64,000 nucleotides of DNA from Ignavibacteriales bacterium (GTDB lineage Bacteria; Bacillota; Clostridia; Acetivibrionales; UBA4821). The stretch is from the NCBI GenBank assembly GCA_050260055.1, contig JBLNBO010000005.1, positions 129,613-193,612 on the forward strand, given 5' to 3'. Shown here one piece after another: positions 50,111 to 58,442 of this stretch (position 1 is the first letter of the stretch; the number at the start of each line of letters is the position of its first letter). The notes below the pieces were generated by a model. That model was not told where the DNA came from. It saw only the letters and a program-made list of their open reading frames with translations, and searched no databases. Made by a program: the position numbers and the translations under genes.

Positions 50111-51946
50111 ATGTTTGACATAAAGGAAGAAGTAAAAAAGCTTCCATTAAAACCTGGTGTTTATATAATGAAGGATGCATATGACAATATTTTGTATATT
50201 GGAAAAGCTGCATTTTTAAAAAAACGAGTCAGCCAATATTTCAGGCCGTCGGCAAACCTATCGCCAAGAATAAGCAATATGGTTTCAAGGGTTGACAGCT
50301 TTGAGTATATAATTACAGGCTCGGAGACGGAAGCTCTTATTTTAGAATGTAATCTCATTAAAGAGCATAAGCCAAGATTTAACGTACTCATGAAAGATGA
50401 TAAAAATTATCCCTATATAAAAGTAACAATGATGGACGAGTTTCCGAAAATTTATATTACGCGCAAGATAATAAAGGATGGTTCTAAATACTTCGGTCCA
50501 TATGCGGATTCGGGAGCAGTCAAAGAGATAGTAAACCTAATTAACAAGATATTTCAACTCAAGACATGCAGCCGTGATTTACCAAAAGAAATTGGCAGAG
50601 GAAGGACTTGCTTAAATTATCATATTAATCAATGCCTGGGTCCATGTCAGGGATATATTTCGTCTAATGATTACAGAGAGATTATTACTGAGATATGTAA
50701 TTTCCTAGATGGTAAGCACCAGAGAATAATTCAAAGAATGGAACAGCAAATGAAGGAAGCCTCAGAAAATACGGAATTTGAAAAAGCGGCAGCTTTACGT
50801 GATAGAATTAACTCTGCAAATATACTGCTCCGGAAACAATTTGTTGAAGAAACGGGAGATTCGGATACAGATATAGATATAATTGGTTTGGCAAGGGGTA
50901 TAGATGATGCCTGCATACAAGTTTTTTTCGTAAGAAATGGCAAATTGGTAGGGCGTGAAAACTTTTTGTTTAAAGGAATGATGGGGGTAGATGATGAAGA
51001 AATCATTTCTTCATTCCTTAAACAGTTCTACTCATTAATTATCTATATTCCAAGAAAGATATTGCTTAGTAATAATGTTCAAGAAAAAGAATCTATTGAA
51101 AAATGGCTTACAGAAAAGAAAGGTTCACGGATAGAAATTAGAGTACCGCAAAAGGGAGACAAAAGAAATCTTCTTGAAATTGCACGAAGAAATGCAGAGC
51201 TGGAACTTCATAGGCAGGGAATAGGATATGATGCAGCTTTATTACAGCTCAAGGGAATGTTGAATATTGAAAAGAATATTTTTAGAATAGAGGCTTTTGA
51301 TATATCAAACCTTTCAAGCTCTGCTGTTGTTGGGGCAATGGTAGTATTTGAGAATGGAAGGATGGATAAGAGCCAATACAAGAGGTTTAAGATTAAAACA
51401 GTCAAAGGACAGGATGACCCTGCCTGTATAAATGAGGTTATAAGCAGAAGACTGAGACGTGCATTAAGTCCAAACACGACGGATGCTGAGACCAGAGGGT
51501 TTCTAAAGCTTCCAGATTTAATTTTGATTGATGGGGGAATTAATCAGTTAAGAGCTGGTATACAGGGAGTTAGAGAATCGAATATGAATATTTCCTGCGC
51601 AGGGATGGTTAAGGATAGAAAGCATAAGACTAGAGGGCTTGTAACAGAGTTGGAAGAAGATATAGAGTTGAAGAAAAGCGGGCAAGTCATGAAGCTTATA
51701 TCTGAAATTCAAGAAGAGGTTCATCGCTTTACGGTTGATTATCATAGAAAGCTAAGAACCAGAGAAACAATAAATTCAGTGCTTGATGATATAGAAGGGA
51801 TTGGAATTACACGTAAAAAAGAATTATTAAAGCATTTCGGTTCAATTGAAAGAATTAAAGAAGCATCGGTTGAGGATTTATTAAATGTCAAAACTATGAA
51901 TACAAAATCTGCAGAAACTGTTTATAAATATTTTCACAATCAATAA
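50111..51946 (+). CDS. uvrC: excinuclease ABC subunit C
   Basis: GIY-YIG N-terminus (PGVYIMKD..ILYIGKA), UVR domain (FEKAAALRDRI), C-terminal HhH; ATG 50111. Confidence 0.95.
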   Translation: MFDIKEEVKKLPLKPGVYIMKDAYDNILYIGKAAFLKKRVSQYFRPSANLSPRISNMVSRVDSFEYIITGSETEALILECNLIKEHKPRFNVLMKDDKNYPYIKVTMMDEFPKIYITRKIIKDGSKYFGPYADSGAVKEIVNLINKIFQLKTCSRDLPKEIGRGRTCLNYHINQCLGPCQGYISSNDYREIITEICNFLDGKHQRIIQRMEQQMKEASENTEFEKAAALRDRINSANILLRKQFVEETGDSDTDIDIIGLARGIDDACIQVFFVRNGKLVGRENFLFKGMMGVDDEEIISSFLKQFYSLIIYIPRKILLSNNVQEKESIEKWLTEKKGSRIEIRVPQKGDKRNLLEIARRNAELELHRQGIGYDAALLQLKGMLNIEKNIFRIEAFDISNLSSSAVVGAMVVFENGRMDKSQYKRFKIKTVKGQDDPACINEVISRRLRRALSPNTTDAETRGFLKLPDLILIDGGINQLRAGIQGVRESNMNISCAGMVKDRKHKTRGLVTELEEDIELKKSGQVMKLISEIQEEVHRFTVDYHRKLRTRETINSVLDDIEGIGITRKKELLKHFGSIERIKEASVEDLLNVKTMNTKSAETVYKYFHNQ

Positions 51947-51978
51947 AAATAGCTTGAGAGAAACTCTCAAGCTATTTT
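51945..51978. terminator. bidirectional terminator
   Basis: AAAATAGCTTGAGAG-aaa-CTCTCAAGCTATTTT. Confidence 0.85.
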
Positions 51979-52205
51979 TACTCACTATTTTTTTTAAATT
52001 GATTGCATTTTTCCATATACTCTAAGTATTTACACATGTACTTATAATACATATACATGTATTCAAGATACATCATCGGATTTTGCATATAAGGTTCAGC
52101 AAAAGGCATTCCCATTTTTGGCATGCCCATTTGGGGCATTTCCATTGCAATATCTCCGGTTGGATTATAACCCATCATTGCTGAATAGTCTTTCATTATG
52201 TCCAT
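51978..52205 (-). CDS. small Met/Tyr-rich protein (75 aa)
   Basis: ATG 52205 follows TTAGGAGG. Translation MDIMKDYSAMMGYNPTGDIAMEMPQMGMPKMGMPFAEPYMQNPMMYLEYMYMYYKYMCKYLEYMEKCNQFKKNSE. Confidence 0.6.
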   Translation of the reverse strand: MDIMKDYSAMMGYNPTGDIAMEMPQMGMPKMGMPFAEPYMQNPMMYLEYMYMYYKYMCKYLEYMEKCNQFKKNSE

Positions 52206-52444
52206 AATAAACCTCCTAAGGATTTCATATATAATTAGTATATAAAATTTAGGCTTCAAGGTTACACTGAAATTTGTGATGAATTGTTATTAATGATATA
52301 TAGACTAATTTAAAAGATAATTGGAAATAATATTGAAAAACCATTGGAAAAGCTATTTTTGTATGGTATAATAGATGTTGATAAGTAGACAAGCAATATG
52401 ATTTGTTCATATGGGTACTCATTAATTTGCGGGAGGTGATACCT

Positions 52445-52837
52445 ATGAGAAAAATCAACAGTAAAGCGGTTTACAATAGGTTAATGAAAACCTATGGAAA
52501 CTCTTTTCAAAGCATACTTGATTATCACTCGCTAAAAACCAATGATGAAGGAATATATACCCAAGACGCAACGGTTAGGCAAATTCAAGAACGGGACTTG
52601 CTAGATTATCAGAGAGAAGCGTTTGTTGAAGAAACGCTAGTACTAGCCGGAAGTCTATGCAAAACTAATGATTCAATAGACTGTGTTGAGAAAGAAAGTA
52701 TAATTTTCTTTACAGAAGGTTATGTCGAAGCAGAGGAAATTCCATTCACTTCAAAAAGGGTACAGGAATCTATTGAGGTATTAGCGCAAAGGGTAACCAG
52801 AAATATTATCAATTCTAAAGGTGTGTATAAAGTATAA
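52445..52837 (+). CDS. hypothetical protein (130 aa)
   Basis: ATG 52445 follows GGGAGGTG; own terminator at 52863-52902. Confidence 0.6.
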   Translation: MRKINSKAVYNRLMKTYGNSFQSILDYHSLKTNDEGIYTQDATVRQIQERDLLDYQREAFVEETLVLAGSLCKTNDSIDCVEKESIIFFTEGYVEAEEIPFTSKRVQESIEVLAQRVTRNIINSKGVYKV

Positions 52838-52862
52838 GTGGTATCCTGAATATGAAAATTAT

Positions 52863-52902
52863 AACCTTGGGCGTATTTTAAAAGCTCAAGGTTTGTTTTT
52901 TT
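52863..52902 (+). terminator. Rho-independent terminator
   Basis: AACCTTGGGC-11-nt loop-GCTCAAGGTT (one G-U pair) followed by TGTTTTTTT. Confidence 0.7.
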
Positions 52903-53034
52903 GCAGATGACAAATTTTTCATTTTGTTATATAATATAATCATAGGCAAAAGAATAATATGTATTCTAATGACGAAATCTTGATAAACATTCTTTAATTT
53001 CCCAAATATACTTTCCTCTTGAAAAGGAGGGCTA

Positions 53035-53484
53035 ATGATGGAAAGCAGTAATCAAAGTAGTGCGCAGGCAGGTTTGGGGTTTTCCCATGCCAGCATCAAT
53101 ACTCTGGTAATTATGGATGAGCCGGAGGAAAACACAATTGTTTATGCCTGGAAGGAAGGAGGCTTTAAAAAGCTTCCGTATGATGAGCATATTGCAAAAT
53201 CGGGGCAGAAGGTAAAAACCTTCATGAGTCCGAATAAATCAGAGAGGGTAACAGTAGTTACAATAAACAAAGAAGAATTATGTATTACTTTAACGGTCGG
53301 GTTGATTGAGGATAACAGCTTAAAGGCTATTGGAAAACCTTTAAAGTATTATGGAAATAGAAACCTAGCAAAAGTAACAGAAAAATACATGCATAAAGTA
53401 CCAATTGATAATCCAGTTATGTTTTTCTCTCTTAATCCGGATAATTTCGGGGAAGAGATTAAACCAGTCATAATAAATAAGTAA
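53035..53484 (+). CDS. hypothetical protein (149 aa), first gene of the T4CP operon
   Basis: AAGGAGGG RBS; no recognisable motif. Confidence 0.65.
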   Translation: MMESSNQSSAQAGLGFSHASINTLVIMDEPEENTIVYAWKEGGFKKLPYDEHIAKSGQKVKTFMSPNKSERVTVVTINKEELCITLTVGLIEDNSLKAIGKPLKYYGNRNLAKVTEKYMHKVPIDNPVMFFSLNPDNFGEEIKPVIINK

Positions 53485-53508
53485 TTTAAGAAGTTTGGGG
53501 GAATTGTT

Positions 53509-54135
53509 ATGGGTAAAACTCCAGCTGAAAAAGGATATTATGTAGATGGTGCACTGGCTTTTGGCTTTGATGAAAGAGCGTTCAAAGAAGGAAAATCTGT
53601 TGCTTTTGCTACAGAGATTGATGCTAGCCAGCCAAATTTAGAAACCTTTGAAAACACTCATGCGATTATTCAGGATATAGGAGACCATGAATTAAACCCT
53701 AGATATATTACTAAGGAACAGGAAAGAGACCAAGAACAGCAGCCAATAAGTACAAGGCAGGAACAAGTGCGTTCTGGACAAGAACCTATTCAAGCAAGTC
53801 AGGTCCAACAGCCTGTTCAAGATGGGCCCAATATGGCAGAATTGAACAAACATCCAGTATTAGATGCTGAAAGACTAAAGGAAAATAAAGACCAAACAAT
53901 AGATGCAAGAAGTAATGAACAAAATAAAGATGAGAAACCAAGAGGACCTGAGATTAATCCAAAGGATTCTTCTATTTTCTCTATGTCAAGACAGCAAGCT
54001 GCTCCTACTGTTGAACAATCGAAGACCCCTGCAGATGGGCAGCAAAAGCCGCTTGACCCAAGAGAAGCAAGTGCTAGAAGGGTTGCAGAACAAAGAAAGG
54101 CAATGGAGCAGGGAGACAAAGAAGTGGGCAGATAA
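53509..54135 (+). CDS. hypothetical protein with long Q/E/P-rich low-complexity tail (208 aa)
   Basis: GGGGGA RBS; ~65-aa N-terminal part looks globular; the rest is Q/E/P/K-rich. Confidence 0.65.
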   Translation: MGKTPAEKGYYVDGALAFGFDERAFKEGKSVAFATEIDASQPNLETFENTHAIIQDIGDHELNPRYITKEQERDQEQQPISTRQEQVRSGQEPIQASQVQQPVQDGPNMAELNKHPVLDAERLKENKDQTIDARSNEQNKDEKPRGPEINPKDSSIFSMSRQQAAPTVEQSKTPADGQQKPLDPREASARRVAEQRKAMEQGDKEVGR

Positions 54136-54178
54136 CGGTTCTGACAATACCATTACTAAGGAGGAAAAAGGATAGAAC

Positions 54179-56050
54179 ATGCTTAGAATACCCAAGGATT
54201 TGCAAAAAAGACTTATCGTATATGCGGTAATAATTGTTATATTTTGTGTTTATGTGACTTCATGTATGGCTGTTGCAAGCTTTTCTATAGAACAAGAAAA
54301 CAAGAAAATGCCTAAGGAAAAAAGAATAGGTGGAATAGATTATCTTGTAGCTTTACAAGATAAAACTACGGTTAACTTATCTAACCCCTTTGGCAACTTA
54401 GGTACGGTTTTTACTAACAAAGATGTAAGGAAAGTATACTTTGAATTTTCAAAGCTTGCTTTCCTTTTATTGTTTGGGTTATTTACCTTCTCAGAAATTA
54501 AGGTGTATTTGGGTAAAAGAGAATATGAAAACATAGAACATGGTTCGAGTAAATGGGCTACAGGAGAAGAGTTTGAGATACTTAACAAGAATAAAGGATT
54601 ACTCCTAGGAGTTGGTAGATATCTTGATATAGACAGCAGGAAAATTAATAAAAACGTATTAATATTCGGTGGAGCCGGTTCTAGAAAATCAAGAGGCTAT
54701 GTTATGCCTAATATATTGAATATGCTTGGTTCCTATGTAATAACAGACCCAAAAGGTGAACTTTATGATACTACTGCAGGGTTTTTAAAAGCAAACGGCT
54801 ATGACGTAAAGGTTTTCAACCTGGTAAACCCGGACTGCAGTGATAACTACAATCCGCTTGCTCATGTAAAAACCAATATAGATGTTGATATAATTGCAGA
54901 TTCAATAATTGATAATACGAATGCTGGTGCAAAATCTGAGGACCCATTTTGGCCGTTGGCAGAAAAGGCGCTGCTAAAATCCTGTATCTATTATATTTGT
55001 TCAAAATGCCCTCCGGAAGAACAGTCTCTCGCAAGCTGTCTTGCACTTGTTCGTGCAGGTGCTGATTTTGACTTAATGGATAATATGTTTATGGAGCTTC
55101 CATTTGACCATATGGGAAGGAAGAACTATGAAACCTTTAGATTGGCTGTTGATAAAACAAGAGCAGGAGTTTTGGTTGGATTGGCAACCAGGCTCAATCC
55201 TTTTGATACGCCGGAAATAGCATCTGTAATGAGTACAAATAATATTGATATTGAGGCTTTGGGGAAAAAGAAGACTGCAATATACTGCATAACTCCTGAC
55301 AGCCACAGCACATTTAACTTCCTTGCAACCATGTTCTTTGGGCAGATTTTGCAAAGACTTTACGATGTTGCTGATAAGAATGGAGGTTCTTTGGATACTC
55401 AAGTATTCTTCATGTTGGACGAGTTTGCAAACACGGGAAGAATTCCTGACTTTAACCAAAAAATTAGTACCAGCCGAAGCAGAAAGATTAATATCAGTAT
55501 AATACTCCAGAGTTTGGACCAGCTTATAGACCTTTATAAGGAAATTCATGAAAACATTATTTCAAACTGCGATACCCAGCTATTCTTGGGAAGCCAGGCG
55601 CTAAAAACCTGCGAATACATTTCAAAGAGTCTTGGTGAAACCACAATCTCTAAAAAGACAGAGTCTTATAATACTCCATTTAAAGGAATCATGGGAAACA
55701 TGCTTGGATCAGGCAGTGGACAGGGGAGTTACTCCATGACCAGCGGGGAACAGTCAATGGCTAGAACACTTATGACTGTTGATGAATTGAAGAGACTTGA
55801 TTTGTGGACAGAAATTATAATGATAAAGGGTATAAACCCAATTAAATGTAAAAAGTTTGATATTGCACAGCATCCGGGATATGAGCAATCAGTCCAAACA
55901 AAAATACACCATAATGAAATTAAGGCTGATAGCAGGCCGGAATGGCGAATATTCAATCCATACAACTATACTCCTTCGAATAACAACGAGCAGGAAATAT
56001 CTGATGAAGAGCTAGAAAAGAGATTTGATGAATTGTTCAATATAGTATAG
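54179..56050 (+). CDS. VirD4/TraG-family type IV coupling protein (T4CP)-like ATPase
   Basis: Two N-terminal TM helices; IFGGAGSRKSRGYVMPNILN..VITDPKGELY (Walker A region); FFMLDEFANTGRIP (Walker B); SRSRKINISIILQSLDQL. Confidence 0.8.
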   Translation: MLRIPKDLQKRLIVYAVIIVIFCVYVTSCMAVASFSIEQENKKMPKEKRIGGIDYLVALQDKTTVNLSNPFGNLGTVFTNKDVRKVYFEFSKLAFLLLFGLFTFSEIKVYLGKREYENIEHGSSKWATGEEFEILNKNKGLLLGVGRYLDIDSRKINKNVLIFGGAGSRKSRGYVMPNILNMLGSYVITDPKGELYDTTAGFLKANGYDVKVFNLVNPDCSDNYNPLAHVKTNIDVDIIADSIIDNTNAGAKSEDPFWPLAEKALLKSCIYYICSKCPPEEQSLASCLALVRAGADFDLMDNMFMELPFDHMGRKNYETFRLAVDKTRAGVLVGLATRLNPFDTPEIASVMSTNNIDIEALGKKKTAIYCITPDSHSTFNFLATMFFGQILQRLYDVADKNGGSLDTQVFFMLDEFANTGRIPDFNQKISTSRSRKINISIILQSLDQLIDLYKEIHENIISNCDTQLFLGSQALKTCEYISKSLGETTISKKTESYNTPFKGIMGNMLGSGSGQGSYSMTSGEQSMARTLMTVDELKRLDLWTEIIMIKGINPIKCKKFDIAQHPGYEQSVQTKIHHNEIKADSRPEWRIFNPYNYTPSNNNEQEISDEELEKRFDELFNIV

Positions 56051-56065
56051 AATAGGTGAAGAAAT

Positions 56066-56767
56066 ATGGAAATAAGCAAACGTGCGAATAGTTTAGTTAG
56101 ATTCTTTGGGACTGAATTTTCAGGAATGGAACCTAAAGAAGGCGTAGAAAAGCTTGAGGGCCTTATTTCGCAATACGTAAAAGCTGAAGGAAAGTATACA
56201 GGTGTTGGAGTTATCGAAGCAAAAGATATAGAACGCTGGAACTATACGCTTGACATATATAAAGAAATTTCAGGAATCGTATTTGGTCTTGAAAAGAATT
56301 ATCCGAATTGTAATGAAACAATTTCGAATTTTTTTGACTTAAAAATGGTTGAAGCTTTTCTATCTGCAGTGATACTAAGGGGCTCGAAAGTGTTTAGGGA
56401 TATAGAAGACAAACAGAAGATTACTCTTGAAGAAAAGAAATTGTTCGAAGGGGACAACTTTGTGGAGCAGGAGCATTTAAGCCTAATCGAGAATTTTATG
56501 AAATCCCCGGTTCCATTCATTAAGGAAAATGATACTCAGCAGTTTTTTATCGGTATTCCCGAAAATACTAGAGAGGTAGAAAAGTTTTTCGAAAAAGGGC
56601 AAATCGTAAAGTGGTATCTGGTATACTATCTTGCATTAGTACAAAAGGAAAAAGAAATATTAGAAAATAAAGGAATCAAAGTCGATTTGAGTAAAACAGA
56701 AAAAAGAGTAAAGTCAATGATGAATGAGTTTGTTCAGCATAACAAAGCAAAGTCGAAAGAAAGATAA
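56066..56767 (+). CDS. hypothetical protein (233 aa)
   Basis: AGGTGA RBS; 15-nt gap after the T4CP gene; no recognisable motif. Confidence 0.65.
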   Translation: MEISKRANSLVRFFGTEFSGMEPKEGVEKLEGLISQYVKAEGKYTGVGVIEAKDIERWNYTLDIYKEISGIVFGLEKNYPNCNETISNFFDLKMVEAFLSAVILRGSKVFRDIEDKQKITLEEKKLFEGDNFVEQEHLSLIENFMKSPVPFIKENDTQQFFIGIPENTREVEKFFEKGQIVKWYLVYYLALVQKEKEILENKGIKVDLSKTEKRVKSMMNEFVQHNKAKSKER

Positions 56768-56949
56768 CTTTTCTAATCATCGTTTTATAGTAGTTCAAAA
56801 ATGCATTACTGTTTAGAATTAGCTGATATGGTTTGACTTTATGTTTGTCTAAAAGGAGGTAAAAAGAGAAGCAGTTTAAGGCTTTAAGATTTACCGCTCC
56901 GCTATAAGAATCTTTGTATTTTACGTCAATTCAAGGAAGTGAAACTATC

Positions 56950-58428
56950 ATGTATCTAATAAAAAAGCATGTTTTATTTACAGCGCTTTGCTTTTTTGTG
57001 TTTTTAAAATTGAGCAATCAATGCTGGGCGGTTGATTCTGCTTGGGAATATATTCCGTATGACATTAATGCCCAGGCAATCAGAAGCGACGGCAGTGTTG
57101 TTTTTGCTGGAGAAAATGGTTTTTACCATATCCTTGACAGTGATGGCACGACTGTATTAGTATCCGGGTTCTGGAAGTATGGTGAATATGGAATAAATAC
57201 TTTAGTGCTTCTTGAGGACGATAAGGTTTTAATGGCAGGAGAGGGCGGATTTTATCAAATACTGAAAAAAGATAATAGTCTTGGTACTTCAGGACAGTGG
57301 GGTGGCGGAAGCTATAGCATAAATACATCTGTGAAGCGTGCAGATGGAAAAGCTGTTTTGGCGGGAGATGAAGGATATGTGGAGTTTGTAGAAAGTAATG
57401 GGACCCTTGATGAAAGCTCGTTGCTAAAATGGGGAATGGGGTCTCAGGAGGCAGACTATAATATCTATGCTGCTGCATGCAGGTCTGATGGTATTATTGT
57501 ATTAGGAGGCGAAAACGGCTACTATCAAAAGATTAGCGCAGAAGGAGCCTTGATTAACCCCGGAAACTGGTGGAATAACGGTAGCTGCGATATAAGGGCA
57601 ATGGCGGCAAGGAGCGATGATGTAATTATAATGGCAGGGGATGATGGTTTTTATCAAACTATTGATGCATATGGAGCTCTCCTTGATACTGAAAAATGGT
57701 GGGACAATTTATCAAGAGAAATTAAAGTATTAAAGGCGCTGGCAAATGGAAGTGTCATTATGGCTGGGCAGGAAGGATATTACCAGAGATTATTGCTGAC
57801 TGATGAACTGGAGGCTGGAGACTGGTGGAAATATAGGATAAATTCTGTAAACTCAATTGCAGAAAACCTTAGTTCCAAGCTGATAATGGCAGGAGAAGAC
57901 GGATTTTATATGATATATAATCCAATTCAGGTGATTGATTTTACCGATAGGGTAACTGCTGCAAACTATTGGATGGATACTCCGGAAGAAATTCAGGCTT
58001 TTAACTATTATATACTTAAGGCTAATATAGTTTCAAAATTTGTAATTGACCCTGCAGGAGAGTCATATGACAGCTATGAAGTCCAAATAGATTTAAACTC
58101 TCGAGGAAATGATGAAATTAGTATTGACTCAGGTGATGTTGTTAGAATTACAAACTTATCAAATGGAATAAGGCTATCTGCACAAAATAAACAAATAATC
58201 AATAACGGCAGAAATATCAGTTTTAATGTTCCTGGTGGAAGCAATTCGAAAATTGAGATTTATTTTAAATATAAAGTAGATAAGAAAAATGAAGCGGCAT
58301 TAAGTGAAAGCAAAAAGACCGTAATTAATAAAGTTACTGTTACAGGAATCAAAGGGACGGAAAGAAATGCTGTAACTCCGGTTTCTAATACCATAAAAAT
58401 TAAAGATATAAAAATAATTCTAATGTAA
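56950..58428 (+). CDS. secreted protein with seven ~42-aa repeats (beta-propeller-like) plus C-terminal beta-rich domain
   Basis: Signal peptide MYLIKKHVLFTALCFFVFLKLSNQCWA. Seven copies of a h-h-h-AG-[ED]-[NGDE]-G-[FY]-[YV] core (AGENGFY, AGEGGFY, AGDEGYV, GGENGYY, AGDDGFY, AGQEGYY, AGEDGFY), most followed by a W-containing segment. Confidence 0.7.
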   Translation: MYLIKKHVLFTALCFFVFLKLSNQCWAVDSAWEYIPYDINAQAIRSDGSVVFAGENGFYHILDSDGTTVLVSGFWKYGEYGINTLVLLEDDKVLMAGEGGFYQILKKDNSLGTSGQWGGGSYSINTSVKRADGKAVLAGDEGYVEFVESNGTLDESSLLKWGMGSQEADYNIYAAACRSDGIIVLGGENGYYQKISAEGALINPGNWWNNGSCDIRAMAARSDDVIIMAGDDGFYQTIDAYGALLDTEKWWDNLSREIKVLKALANGSVIMAGQEGYYQRLLLTDELEAGDWWKYRINSVNSIAENLSSKLIMAGEDGFYMIYNPIQVIDFTDRVTAANYWMDTPEEIQAFNYYILKANIVSKFVIDPAGESYDSYEVQIDLNSRGNDEISIDSGDVVRITNLSNGIRLSAQNKQIINNGRNISFNVPGGSNSKIEIYFKYKVDKKNEAALSESKKTVINKVTVTGIKGTERNAVTPVSNTIKIKDIKIILM

Positions 58429-58442
58429 AAGGAGACTTTTTT

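Noticed and set aside
55073-55549. 158-aa minus-strand ORF inside the T4CP gene
   Set aside because: Antisense to the conserved ATPase core, including the Walker B region; no RBS.
56851-56900. Strong Shine-Dalgarno (AAGGAGG at 56853-56859) in the gap before the propeller gene
   Set aside because: No ATG, GTG or TTG lies at a suitable distance, and the following frame is very short. It is probably a relic or fortuitous.
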